Shown here piece by piece: positions 15,616 to 24,601 of a stretch of DNA of 32,000 bases (position 1 is its first letter; each line of letters begins with the position of its first letter). The notes under the pieces were generated by a model. The model did no database searches, was not told the DNA's origin, and saw only the letters and a list, made by a program, of their open reading frames with translations. A program made the translations under genes and the position numbers. The stretch comes from Capsulimonadaceae bacterium. GTDB lineage: Bacteria; Armatimonadota; Armatimonadia; Armatimonadales; Capsulimonadaceae. The stretch spans positions 5,403,218 to 5,435,217 of the forward strand of contig OZ244065.1 of NCBI GenBank assembly GCA_965215505.1, written 5' to 3'.

Positions 15616-16793
15616 CCCTGCACGAAGTCCGCGCCGTTCGCCTTCGCCCATTCCCATTCTTCGCGGCGCTCGATGCCTTCCGCGACCGTTTTCAGCCCAA
15701 GCCCCTGCGCGGTTTCGAGCAGCTTCCGGGCGACCAGCGCCTTGTCCTTCTCACGGTCCACGCAGTCGAGTAGGGCGCGATCTATCTTGACATAATCCGG
15801 GCGTAGTTCCAACAAAGCAGACAGCGAGGAGTAGCCTGCCCCCACGTCGTCGAGCGCGACACCGAAGCCGTTGTCGCGGTAGTACCCCACAATCCTCTGC
15901 ATCAGTGCCATTTCGGGTAGGTGTTCGCTCTCGATGATCTCGAACACGATGCGCCCACGCTCCAGCCCCAGCTCGTCCACCATGCGGACCGTGCTGTTGA
16001 GACACGAGTGGGGCGAGTAGATCGCATTGGGCGTGAAATTAATGAATGTCTTAGCGGGGAGCCTGTGCTTCGCCGCCGAAACGACGGCCGACCGGCGGGC
16101 GGCGAGGTCGAGCTGGAAGAGCAGGCCCGCCCCGTCCGCCAGGTCGAGCATCAGGCCGGGCGAAACCGCACTCCCCTCGACCTCGGCCCGCATCAGGCAC
16201 TCATGCCCGTGCAGGATGGAAGGGTCCGTACAGTCCAGGATCGGCTGGAAGACCGAATACAGCCGCCCGCCGCGCAGGATGTCCAGCAGCCATTCGCTGC
16301 GTGCCTTGGCGGCGAAGTCGGGCAGCGAGTCGATCTCAAAGCGGTCGCCCCACTGTGGCAGCAGGCCGTCGGGCTGGAAGTGGGCGCGCGCGTCGCGCTG
16401 CTCGGTGGAAGAGAGCCTGGCTATGATCGGGGCCAGCAGCGGCGCGAGGCTTCCGCCCCCGACGCGGACGCGGATCGTCCCCTCCTGCTCCTGGTGGTCC
16501 CAGCGCGACTGGGTCAGAAACTCCAATATCTTGCCGAGCGAGTAGGTGTGAGGCAGACGTATTTCCAGGGTCCCCGGCCCCCGCAAGGGCGTGGGCAGCA
16601 CCTCGCACCTTTGGCAGCCCGGCGCCCCTTCGGGGACGTCTTCCTCATTGGGCAGCGTCATCCCATGATAAACGCCCTCGAGTGCGTCCGCCTTCAACAG
16701 CTCCTCGGCGGGAGTGGTCGGTATGGCCGTCGGCACAGGGCCGTGCGTGTAAATGATCTTGTCCGCGTTCTTCCGATCGGGCATCTCGCCCAT
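15564..16793 (-). CDS. EAL-domain cyclic-di-GMP phosphodiesterase with ~170-aa N-terminal region of unknown function
   Basis: EAL-domain signatures: FQPILD, ECLMR (EALxR position), FINFTPN, FEIIESE, ALDDVGAGYSSL, KIDR, VAEGIE, FVQGYLFARP. The 3' end overlaps the TIR gene's 3' end by 52 nt. Confidence 0.9.
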   Translation of the reverse strand: MGEMPDRKNADKIIYTHGPVPTAIPTTPAEELLKADALEGVYHGMTLPNEEDVPEGAPGCQRCEVLPTPLRGPGTLEIRLPHTYSLGKILEFLTQSRWDHQEQEGTIRVRVGGGSLAPLLAPIIARLSSTEQRDARAHFQPDGLLPQWGDRFEIDSLPDFAAKARSEWLLDILRGGRLYSVFQPILDCTDPSILHGHECLMRAEVEGSAVSPGLMLDLADGAGLLFQLDLAARRSAVVSAAKHRLPAKTFINFTPNAIYSPHSCLNSTVRMVDELGLERGRIVFEIIESEHLPEMALMQRIVGYYRDNGFGVALDDVGAGYSSLSALLELRPDYVKIDRALLDCVDREKDKALVARKLLETAQGLGLKTVAEGIERREEWEWAKANGADFVQGYLFARPAAPPPLPPWN

Positions 16794-16878
16794 AATTTCG
16801 CACCCTTTTCCCTTCCTACGTCGGCCCTTCTACCCGTGAGAGCGCTTACGGTAAACATCCCGCCGGAGGTGCGGTGGG

Positions 16879-16907
16879 TTGAGTTTATGCCGGTTTTCTG
16901 ATATACT
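16879..16907 (+). promoter_or_regulatory. sigma70-like promoter candidate for the M42/GH43/S41/GH39 operon
   Basis: TTGAGT (16879-16884), a 17-nt spacer, then TATACT (16902-16907). GAGAGGA SD and ATG 16937 lie downstream. Confidence 0.45.
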
Positions 16908-16936
16908 GAGGTTCTGGACTGAGAGGAATATGATCT

Positions 16937-17986
16937 ATGCCCATCAACTTTGACCTGCTGAAGCGGTTATGTGAGACGCCCGGCGTCCCCAGCCGCGAAG
17001 ACCGGGTGCGCGACCTGGTGATCGAGGAGCTGCGGCCCCTGACCGACGAGATCAGCGTGGACACCATGGGCAGCGTCATCGCCGTCAAGAAGGGGGCGGG
17101 CGGGCCGCGCGTGATGCTGGCCGCCCACACCGACGAGATCGGGTTCCTGGTCAAGTTCGTGGAGGAAAAGGGCTTCCTGCGCGTGCAGCCGGTCGGCGGC
17201 TGGGACCCGCGCACGATGGTCGCCCAGCGCGTCCACGTCCACGGCTTCGGCGGCCAGACGCTGTTGGGGACCCTGATGCCCGCCGCCAAGCCCATCCACC
17301 TGCTGACGGCCGACGAGCTGAACAAGCCGCCCAAGATCGAGGAGTTCTTTGTGGACCTGGGCCTGCCAGGCGCGCAGGTCAAGGAACTCGTGGAGGTTGG
17401 CGACATGGTGACGATGGCCCGCACGACCGAGCGGGTGGGGGACATGGTAGTCAGTAAGTCTCTGGACGACCGCCTGAGCGTCTTTATCATGATCGAGGCG
17501 CTGCGGGCGGTCGGCCCGCACTCCGCCGAGATCATCGCGGTCGCCACGACCCAGGAAGAAGTCGGCCTGCGCGGGGCGACGACGGCCGCCTACGCCTTGC
17601 AGCCCGACATCGGGATCGCCCTCGATGTCACCCTCGCCAATGATTTCCCCGGCGTGATGGACTACGACCAGGTGACCAGGCTGGGTAAGGGCTGCGCGCT
17701 CAAGATCATGGATTCGTCCATGCTCAGTCACCCCAAGCTAGTCCGCCACTTCCGCGACCTTGCCGAGAAGAACGACATCCCCTACCAACTGGAGATCCTG
17801 GCGCGCGGCGGCACCGACGGCGGGGCGATGCAGCGGTCGCGGGCGGGTATCCCCACCTTCACCCTGTCCACGCCGACCCGCTACATCCACACCGTCAATG
17901 AGATGGCCCACACCGCCGACATCGAGGGGGCGATCGCCCTGCTCGCTCGCTACCTGGAAGACGCGCACACGCGGGACTATCGCTGA
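16937..17986 (+). CDS. M42 family metallopeptidase (glutamyl aminopeptidase / 'endoglucanase M'-type)
   Basis: LLKRLCETPGVPSREDRVRDLV, MLAAHTDEIGFLVK..GFLRVQPVGGWDPR, SKSLDDRLSVF, TQEEVGLRGA, TPTRYIHT. Confidence 0.9.
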   Translation: MPINFDLLKRLCETPGVPSREDRVRDLVIEELRPLTDEISVDTMGSVIAVKKGAGGPRVMLAAHTDEIGFLVKFVEEKGFLRVQPVGGWDPRTMVAQRVHVHGFGGQTLLGTLMPAAKPIHLLTADELNKPPKIEEFFVDLGLPGAQVKELVEVGDMVTMARTTERVGDMVVSKSLDDRLSVFIMIEALRAVGPHSAEIIAVATTQEEVGLRGATTAAYALQPDIGIALDVTLANDFPGVMDYDQVTRLGKGCALKIMDSSMLSHPKLVRHFRDLAEKNDIPYQLEILARGGTDGGAMQRSRAGIPTFTLSTPTRYIHTVNEMAHTADIEGAIALLARYLEDAHTRDYR

Positions 17987-17989
17987 CCC

Positions 17990-18955
17990 ATGCCGCTCGC
18001 CCACACCAACCCGGTCTGGCCCGGCTACCTCGCCGACCCTTTCGTCCTGAGATACTCGGGCGAGTACTACGCTTACGGCACCGGCAGCGACGGCGGGGAT
18101 CTCCTTCAGCCGGACGGCAACGTCTTCCCCGTCCTGCATTCCACTGATCTCGTGCGGTGGGAGCAGGTCGGGGGCGCGCTCCATCCGCTGCCGGGTGCCG
18201 AGGCGTACTGGGCGCCCGAGGTCGCCGCGCGGGATGGGCGCTTCTACCTCTACTATTCGGCGGCGGGCGGAGACACGGACGACACCCACCGCCTGCGCGT
18301 CGCCGTGGCGGACCACCCCGCCGGCCCGTTCACCGACTCGGGTCGCCTGCTCCTGCCCGATGAGGGTTTCACGATAGATGCCCACCCGTTCCAGGACCCC
18401 CAGGACGGACGCTGGTATATCTTCTTCGCCAAGGACTTCTTCGACGCCCGCGTCGGCACCGCCCTCGCCGCCGTGCCGCTGGCCGACGACATGCTCTCGG
18501 CATCGGGGCCGGTGACGACCATCCTGCGCCCCTCCGCCGACTGGCAGATCCACGCCCGCGACCGCGAGATTTACGGCCGGACGTGGGACGCCTGGCACAC
18601 CGTCGAGGGCGCGTTCGTCGTCTTCTATGAGGGCCTCTACTATTTGTTCTACAGCGGAGGCGCGTGGCACACCTCCGAGTACGGCGTCGGCTACGCCGTC
18701 GCTGACTCCGTCCTGGGGCCGTACCGCGAGCCGGAAGCCGGGCCGGTCGTCCTGCGCGGCGTGCCGGATCATGTGCTGGGGCCGGGCCACAATTCGGTCG
18801 TCCTCGGCCCCGACGACCGGACGCCGTTCCTCGCCTATCATGCCTGGGACTTGGACCAAACGGCCCGCCGCCTGTGCCTGGACCCGCTGGTCTGGACGGC
18901 GGACGGCCCGCGCTGCGCGGGGCCGACTTGGACTGAGCAGGTGATCAACCTTTGA
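17990..18955 (+). CDS. glycoside hydrolase family 43-like (five-bladed beta-propeller)
   Basis: NPVWPGYLADPFVLRYSGEYYAYGT, YWAPEVAARDGRFYLYYSA, TIDAHPFQDPQDGRWYIFFA, VEGAFVVFYEGLYYLFYSGG, GPGHNSVV. The start lies 3 nt after the M42 stop. Confidence 0.88.
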   Translation: MPLAHTNPVWPGYLADPFVLRYSGEYYAYGTGSDGGDLLQPDGNVFPVLHSTDLVRWEQVGGALHPLPGAEAYWAPEVAARDGRFYLYYSAAGGDTDDTHRLRVAVADHPAGPFTDSGRLLLPDEGFTIDAHPFQDPQDGRWYIFFAKDFFDARVGTALAAVPLADDMLSASGPVTTILRPSADWQIHARDREIYGRTWDAWHTVEGAFVVFYEGLYYLFYSGGAWHTSEYGVGYAVADSVLGPYREPEAGPVVLRGVPDHVLGPGHNSVVLGPDDRTPFLAYHAWDLDQTARRLCLDPLVWTADGPRCAGPTWTEQVINL

Positions 18956-20160
18956 GTGAAAAAGACAACGTCAGCCCTGCCGCCGTGCTGGATGCGCTCT
19001 GGGCGGTCCTGAAGGATAATTACCCCGCCTTCGAGTTCGTCGTCGGGGCCACTGGGGATGCCTGGCGTGACGAGTTCCACGCCCGCCTCGCCGATGTGTC
19101 TTGCCTGCCGGACGCTTACCCGATCTTGGAGGAACTGGTCAACCGCTTCCACGACTACCACACGCAGCTTCACTGGCCGGACAAGCCTTTGTGCTACACG
19201 CCGATGGGTATTCGGCTGGGCTGGGTCGAAGGGGCAGTCGCCGTCACCCACGCCCTGACCCCCGCCGCGCTCCTGACGCCGGGTGACGTGCTGCTGACGG
19301 TTGACGGGGAAGACGCTGACCACCTCTATCGGCAGCGTCTCGCCGTCGCGCGGGGCGCGACACGGTACGCCCGCCAGTCCTGGGCCTGCGACAGCCTCCT
19401 GGAAGGCGATGCTGGAACGACGGTCAATGTCCGCGTCCGGCGCGGCGGCGAGACGCTGGAACTGGAATGCGCCCGCGCCATGCCGTCGCCGCGCGAGTCG
19501 CTCGCCTTTCTCATGCCCTCTGGCCTGCCCATCGAGGCGCGGCATGAGGCCGCTGATGTCGGCTGCATCCGCGTCCCGAGCTGGTCGGTTTCGGACGAGG
19601 CCGACCTGCTGGCCCGCTTCGATGCGGCCCTGGAAGAGTTCCGCGACCTGCCCTTCCTACTCATTGACGTGCGGGACAACCGGGGCGGCTCGGATGCCCT
19701 GGCCGACCAGGCGACGGGCCGGTTTCTCCGCGCCCCCATCGTCAGCAGCATCAGCTTCCACCGTGAGGCGGGCACGAACCGCTACGAGAAGACGGTCGAG
19801 GTCGCCCACGCGCGCGGCCCGTGGCGCTATCCAGGCCGGGTCGCCGTGCTGACCAATGAAGATTGTGCAAGCGCCTGTGAACACTTCGTCAGCGGGATGC
19901 GTGCCTCGGGCGCGGCCCTTCTAGTCGGGCGGCCCACGACGGGCGCGTGCGGATGGAGCAAGCGGGTTCCGCTGCCGGGCGGGGCGGCCCTCCGCTGCTC
20001 TTTGACCATCCCATTTCATGGCGCAGAGCCGTCGCCGCTGCACGGCATCGAGCCGGACCTGCTGGTCCTGCCGACCCTCGCCGCCCTCCGCGCCGGGCGC
20101 GATGTGGTGATCGAGCAGGCCGTCGCCGCCCTGCGCTCAGGAAGATCGGAGACAGAATGA
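18952..20160 (+). CDS. S41 family (C-terminal-processing/tricorn-core-like) peptidase-like protein with PDZ-like segment
   Basis: LLIDVRDNRGGSDALAD, VAVLTNEDCASACEHFVSG (the S41 Ser region), PDZ-like LTPGDVLLTVDGEDADHL. TTG start 18952 overlaps the GH43 stop (TTGA). Its own stop overlaps the next ATG (ATGA). Confidence 0.8.
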   Translation: MSEKDNVSPAAVLDALWAVLKDNYPAFEFVVGATGDAWRDEFHARLADVSCLPDAYPILEELVNRFHDYHTQLHWPDKPLCYTPMGIRLGWVEGAVAVTHALTPAALLTPGDVLLTVDGEDADHLYRQRLAVARGATRYARQSWACDSLLEGDAGTTVNVRVRRGGETLELECARAMPSPRESLAFLMPSGLPIEARHEAADVGCIRVPSWSVSDEADLLARFDAALEEFRDLPFLLIDVRDNRGGSDALADQATGRFLRAPIVSSISFHREAGTNRYEKTVEVAHARGPWRYPGRVAVLTNEDCASACEHFVSGMRASGAALLVGRPTTGACGWSKRVPLPGGAALRCSLTIPFHGAEPSPLHGIEPDLLVLPTLAALRAGRDVVIEQAVAALRSGRSETE

Positions 20161-21860
20161 TGAACGAGTTTTCGCGCCGCGAGATGCTGCGCCTGATCGG
20201 AGCGATGATGGCCCTTTCACCCGAGTTGCGCCTGGAAGCCGCCCCCACTACTGAGCCTTTCCCCGTCACCATCGGCATAGACGCGGGCAGGCCGCAAGGG
20301 CAGCTTAAGCCGATCTGGCGGTTCTTCGGCGGCGACGAGCCGAACTACTCTTATGCCAAGAACGGCGAGACGCTGCTGGCGCATCTTGGTCAGATGGACC
20401 CGCACCACGTCTACTTCCGGACCCACAACCTTCTGACGACCGGTGACGGTACGCCCGCCCTGAAGTGGGGGTCTACCAACGCCTATACCGAGGACGCGCA
20501 GGGCAACCCCGTCTACGACTGGACGATCACGGACCGCATCTTTGAGGCAGGCCTGGCGCGCGGTGTCAAGCCCTACGTCCAGCTCGGGTTCATGCCCGAA
20601 GCCATGTCCACCAAGCCCCTCCCATACCAGCACCACTGGACGCCGCACGCGCGCTATGAGGAAATCTACACCGGCTGGGCCTATCCGCCAAAGGACTACG
20701 CCAAGTGGGGCGAGCTGGCCTACCAGTGGACCAAGCACTGCGTTGGGAAGTGGGGGCGGGCCGAAGTCGAGACGTGGTACTGGGAAGTCTGGAACGAGCC
20801 GAACATCGGCTACTGGCAGGGGACGGCCGAAGACTACTTCAAGCTCTACGACTACGCCGTGGCCGGCGTCCGCCGCGCCCTGCCGACTGCCCGCGTCGGT
20901 GGGCCGGAGGTGGCGGGCGGGCCGGGCGGGGACTTCCTGCGCCGGTTCCTGGAACACTGCGCGCGCGGCGTCAACGCGGTTACCGGGCAGACCGGCTCGC
21001 CGCTGGACTTCCTCTCGTTCCACGCCAAAGGGGCACCCAAGTTCGTGGACGATCACGTCCGCATGGGCATTTCTAATCAGCTCAACGACATTGACGCGGC
21101 CTGCGCGGTCATCGCGCGCTTCCCCGAGTTCAAAGACAAGCCCATCGTTATCGGCGAGTCCGACCCAGACGGCTGCGCCGCCTGCCAGGGGCCTCAACTC
21201 GGCTACCGCAATGGCACCCTGTACGCCTCCTACACGGCGGCGACGTTTGCCCGGAAGCAGGAGATCGCCGACAAGCACGGCGTCAATCTGGAGGGCGCGG
21301 TGACCTGGGCCTTCGAATTCGAAGACCAGCCCCTCTTCGCCGGGTTCCGCCAGCTCGCGAGCGGCGGCCTGGACCTGCCGGTCCTGAGCGTCTTCCGCAT
21401 GCTCAACAAGATGCACGGGCGGCGATTGCAGGTCTCAAGCACGTCCGATGCGGGCACCGACGCCATTCGAAAGAGCGGCGTCCGCGCCGCGCCGGACGTG
21501 TCCGCCCTGGCCGCGCTGGACGCCAAGACAGTAACCGCGCTGGTCTGGCACTACCACGACGACGACATCCCCGGCCCGGACGCCGCCGTCGCCTTGACCC
21601 TCAGCGGTCTGCCCCACACCGGGCCGGCGACGCTGACGCAGTTCCGCATTGACGACGCCCACTCCAACGCTTTCACGGCCTGGAAGGCGATGGGATCGCC
21701 TGCGACGCCGACGCCGGATCAATACAAGGCGCTGGAAAAGGCCGGCCTGCTCGCGCGTTTCGCGGCACCGGAGAAGGTGCATGTGGCGGGCGGGGTGCTG
21801 GCAACGCAGTTGACACTGTCTCGGCAGTCGGTCGCGCTCCTCGTCCTGGAATGGGCGTAA
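20157..21860 (+). CDS. GH39-like (clan GH-A, beta-xylosidase-like) glycoside hydrolase with Tat-like signal
   Basis: Start at ATG 20157 (ATGA overlap) gives MMNEFSRREMLRLIGAMMALSP. GH39-like VKPYVQLGFMPEAMS, WYWEVWNEPNIGYW, FLSFHAKG, PIVIGESDPDG. The ORF-track start at 19947 lies inside the S41 gene. Confidence 0.85.
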   Translation: MMNEFSRREMLRLIGAMMALSPELRLEAAPTTEPFPVTIGIDAGRPQGQLKPIWRFFGGDEPNYSYAKNGETLLAHLGQMDPHHVYFRTHNLLTTGDGTPALKWGSTNAYTEDAQGNPVYDWTITDRIFEAGLARGVKPYVQLGFMPEAMSTKPLPYQHHWTPHARYEEIYTGWAYPPKDYAKWGELAYQWTKHCVGKWGRAEVETWYWEVWNEPNIGYWQGTAEDYFKLYDYAVAGVRRALPTARVGGPEVAGGPGGDFLRRFLEHCARGVNAVTGQTGSPLDFLSFHAKGAPKFVDDHVRMGISNQLNDIDAACAVIARFPEFKDKPIVIGESDPDGCAACQGPQLGYRNGTLYASYTAATFARKQEIADKHGVNLEGAVTWAFEFEDQPLFAGFRQLASGGLDLPVLSVFRMLNKMHGRRLQVSSTSDAGTDAIRKSGVRAAPDVSALAALDAKTVTALVWHYHDDDIPGPDAAVALTLSGLPHTGPATLTQFRIDDAHSNAFTAWKAMGSPATPTPDQYKALEKAGLLARFAAPEKVHVAGGVLATQLTLSRQSVALLVLEWA

Positions 21861-22023
21861 AGTCATGCGTCCCGTCTGTGCGGGCGCGTCCCGCCTGGCC
21901 CTTCACGCGCGTCTCTCCCAACCACTTCGGGCAGCCCGTCGCGCCGCCCTGCGTCTTCGTGCAGGACGCCCCGCTGGGCGTTGAGGTCGTGGCACCGTTT
22001 TCAATAAGCAAGGGGGCAGAGTA

Positions 22024-22680
22024 TTGGACGAAAATGGGAGTGGGGCGGCGGACGAAGTCTCCACGGGATGGACCGCGACTGACGGCCTCGTGACCGGCAT
22101 GCTGTCGTCGGATGCCTCCACGCGCGAGGGGGAGTGGGCGGAAGCCCTTACCGGGGAGAAACTGGAGAGGAAGTTCCAGGCCGCCTGGCAGTTGTTTCAG
22201 AGCGTCGAGGCGCAGGTGCAGGTGGCAGACCGTAAGGTGCAGGCGATCTTCGCGGCGAACACGCTGCTGGTCGCTGCCGTTTCCTTCCAGAATCAGGGCA
22301 TCATGCCGGCCCATGCCCACAACCTCAGCCTGTCGGCGGCGGTGGGTCTGGCCGCGCGCCTCCTCCTGCTGGCCTGCATCTGCGCCTCCTACCTTTCCGC
22401 CATTGTGGCCCTCTTCCCCCGCCTGCGCCCCGTAAAGACACGAACGCACTCGCTGCTCTTCTTCGGGGACATCGCCGCCCTGCCGGGGGCGGAGTTTGCG
22501 GAAACCTTCCTGGCGATGACGACGGCGGACAAGGTCCGGCAGGTCCTGCGTCAGACCCACGACGTCTCCCGCGTGGTCGCGGAGAAGTACAAGTGGACGC
22601 GCCGCTCCGGGACCGCCCTCGTCTTGTCTCTCCTGCTGTGGATCGTCGTCCAGGCCGTCACCATCCTCGCCGGGGCTTGA
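22024..22680 (+). CDS. membrane protein resembling the DUF5706 / Pycsar-effector transmembrane (PycTM-type) family
   Basis: The pattern VADRKVQAIFAANTLLVAAVSF ... LSAIVALFPRLRP....HSLLFFGDIA....EF......T....RQVLRQTHDVSRVVAEKYKWTRRSGTALVLSLLLWIV matches my memory of DUF5706 (aD.Ka...; PR......lfFgdI; K..W.r). About 3 predicted TM helices. TTG 22024 has AAGGGGG about 7 nt upstream. Confidence 0.7.
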   Translation: MDENGSGAADEVSTGWTATDGLVTGMLSSDASTREGEWAEALTGEKLERKFQAAWQLFQSVEAQVQVADRKVQAIFAANTLLVAAVSFQNQGIMPAHAHNLSLSAAVGLAARLLLLACICASYLSAIVALFPRLRPVKTRTHSLLFFGDIAALPGAEFAETFLAMTTADKVRQVLRQTHDVSRVVAEKYKWTRRSGTALVLSLLLWIVVQAVTILAGA

Positions 22681-22722
22681 CGGGCGGGTGCCCGACGTGA
22701 GTGGAGGGACGGCGGCTTTGCC

Positions 22723-23553
22723 CTATTCTTTCCCGCCGCTGAACTTGGCCCCCTCGACGATGTAGCGCTGCATGACCAGGAAGACCAGGACGAGCGGCAG
22801 GACGCCGACGGCGGCGGCGGCGAAGAGCTGGGCGAGGTTCAAAGTCTGCGAGCTGAGGAAGGTGGACAGCACGATCTGGACGGTCCACGCCGACGGGTCC
22901 TGGCCGATGACCAGGGGCCACAGGAACGAGTTCCAGCTCCCGATGAAGGTCAGGACGCCCAGGGCCACCAAGATAGAGGTGGAGTTCGGCAGCAGCAGAC
23001 GCCAGTAGACGCCGAAGTAGCCCAGGCCGTCCAAGCGGCCCGCCTCCTCGATCTCGGTGGGGAAGCGCAAATAGAACTGTCGGAACAGGAAGATGGAGAA
23101 GGCGGAGAACAGGCCCGGCGCGATGATGCCCCAGCGCGTGTTCACGCCGCCCAGGTAGGCGGTGACGGCGAAGGTCGGCACGAACGTCACGGCGCTCGGG
23201 ATCATCAGCGTCGCCAGGATGGCGGAGAAGACGACGCCGCGCCCGCGTGCGGGGATGCGCGCCAAGGCGTACCCGGCCATGGAGGAGAAGAGCATCTGCA
23301 AGACAAGCGTGACGACCGCGATGACGGCCGAGTTCACCAGCCCGGTCAGCATCGGGGCCGTCGGGTCCACAAATAGTTTGGCGAAGTTGCCCCACTGCGG
23401 CGCGGCGGGCAGCCAGGCCCAGTGCGGCGAGGTGATCTGGTCGTCGGTCATCAGCGCGTTGCGGACGATCAGATAGAACGGGACCAGGAACACCACGGCC
23501 AACAAGAACAAGAGGACATAGCGTGGGGCTTCGGCCAGGGAACGGGGCTTCAT
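22723..23553 (-). CDS. carbohydrate ABC transporter permease (CUT1, MalG-like)
   Basis: Six-TM profile. EAA motif EIEEAGRLDGLGYFGVYWRLLLP. Confidence 0.9.
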   Translation of the reverse strand: MKPRSLAEAPRYVLLFLLAVVFLVPFYLIVRNALMTDDQITSPHWAWLPAAPQWGNFAKLFVDPTAPMLTGLVNSAVIAVVTLVLQMLFSSMAGYALARIPARGRGVVFSAILATLMIPSAVTFVPTFAVTAYLGGVNTRWGIIAPGLFSAFSIFLFRQFYLRFPTEIEEAGRLDGLGYFGVYWRLLLPNSTSILVALGVLTFIGSWNSFLWPLVIGQDPSAWTVQIVLSTFLSSQTLNLAQLFAAAAVGVLPLVLVFLVMQRYIVEGAKFSGGKE

Positions 23554-23563
23554 AGGGTGCCTC

Positions 23564-24550
23564 TCACTTGTTCGACTCGCCGAACCCGAACACGCGCCCC
23601 TGCACTAATGTGATGGCGACGATCAGCGCGGTCAGGATGAAGCCGCCCGCCGCGCCGCGCCCGAAATCCTGGCTGCTCAGGGCCAGCGTGTACAGGTAGA
23701 CGAGCGGCGGGCGGGCCAATGAGGCGTTGCCGACGGACGACCCCGAGCCGCCCAGGATGTTGTAGAACTCGTCGAACGCCTGGAAGGCCGCGATGAGGTT
23801 CAGCAGCAGGACCGAAACCGATGTGGCGCGCAGTTGGGGCAGGGTGATGTGGCGCAGGACCGGCCAGCCCGAACTCGCGCCGTCCACGGCGGCGGCCTCG
23901 TAGAGCGACTTCGGGATCTCCTGCAAGCCCGCCAGGAAGATGATCATGAAGAACCCCACCTGGAGCCACAGTCGCACCGTCACCAGCACGAGCCAGTACC
24001 ACGGCGGGTGGGCCGTCCCGATCCAGGCGATGGCAGGGACTCCGAACAGGCCGAGCAGGTGGTTGGCGAAGCCGAACGGCAGGCCGTTGAAGAGGCTGAT
24101 GCGCCAGATGAGCGACGCGACGACGTAGGAGACGGCGGAGGGGATGAAGAAAACGGTCCGGAAGAACGACTTGCCCCAGCCGACGCGATGGACCAGCAGG
24201 GCCAACCCTAGGGAGATGGCGAACGTCAGCGGCACGATGAACAGGGCGAACAGGACGGCCGTCACCAGTGACTTGAGGAATGCCTCATCGGTCAAGAGGT
24301 CGGTGTAGTTCCGCAGGCCGATGAAGTGCTGCGGGTGGATCGTGTTCTGGGCGCGCGACAGGCTCAGGAGGAAGCCCCAAACGATCGGCACGACCGTGAA
24401 CATGAGCAGGCCGATCAGGGCGGGGGCCATGAATCCCCAGAAGGCCAGCGTCGCCGACCGGTCGCCCGTCGGCCTGCGCCTCGGCGCGGGCGGTCGCCGG
24501 AGGGCCGTCACCGCCGCCGATGGCTGTCTTGGGTCTTCGTTGAGGGTCAT
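23564..24550 (-). CDS. carbohydrate ABC transporter permease (CUT1, MalF-like)
   Basis: ATLAFWGFMAPALIGLLMFTVVPI. EAA motif LYEAAAVDGASSGWPVLRHITLPQL. Confidence 0.9.
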   Translation of the reverse strand: MTLNEDPRQPSAAVTALRRPPAPRRRPTGDRSATLAFWGFMAPALIGLLMFTVVPIVWGFLLSLSRAQNTIHPQHFIGLRNYTDLLTDEAFLKSLVTAVLFALFIVPLTFAISLGLALLVHRVGWGKSFFRTVFFIPSAVSYVVASLIWRISLFNGLPFGFANHLLGLFGVPAIAWIGTAHPPWYWLVLVTVRLWLQVGFFMIIFLAGLQEIPKSLYEAAAVDGASSGWPVLRHITLPQLRATSVSVLLLNLIAAFQAFDEFYNILGGSGSSVGNASLARPPLVYLYTLALSSQDFGRGAAGGFILTALIVAITLVQGRVFGFGESNK

Positions 24551-24601
24551 GTTGAGTCATCCGCAGGCTCGCTGCGTCAGAAAGAAGGGGCAGACACGTC
24601 T

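Noticed and set aside
11066-16793. The signalling island as a mobile element or prophage remnant.
   Set aside because: No integrase, transposase, tRNA target, flanking direct repeats or phage structural genes are visible. I could not compute GC or codon bias precisely, so mobility is unsupported.
15921-21416. Other long shadow ORFs: 15921-16901 (+), 16967-17731 (-), 17738-18859 (-), 18838-19545 (-) and 20217-21416 (-). ORFs of the same kind lie elsewhere at 5695-6768 (+) and 28107-29276 (-).
   Set aside because: All lie opposite or out of frame to genes with strong family motifs (EAL, M42, GH43, S41, GH39, GH51, permease). All show the R/G/P/V-rich bias of non-coding frames in GC-rich DNA.
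11397-22680. Calling the cyclase, TIR and DUF5706-like protein a bona fide Pycsar system.
   Set aside because: Described Pycsar operons are compact cyclase-effector pairs whose effectors carry a cyclic-nucleotide-binding domain. Here the genes are on different strands and up to 9 kb apart. The TIR protein has no recognisable cNMP-binding domain, and the cyclase carries large extra modules. The resemblance is kept only as a hypothesis.
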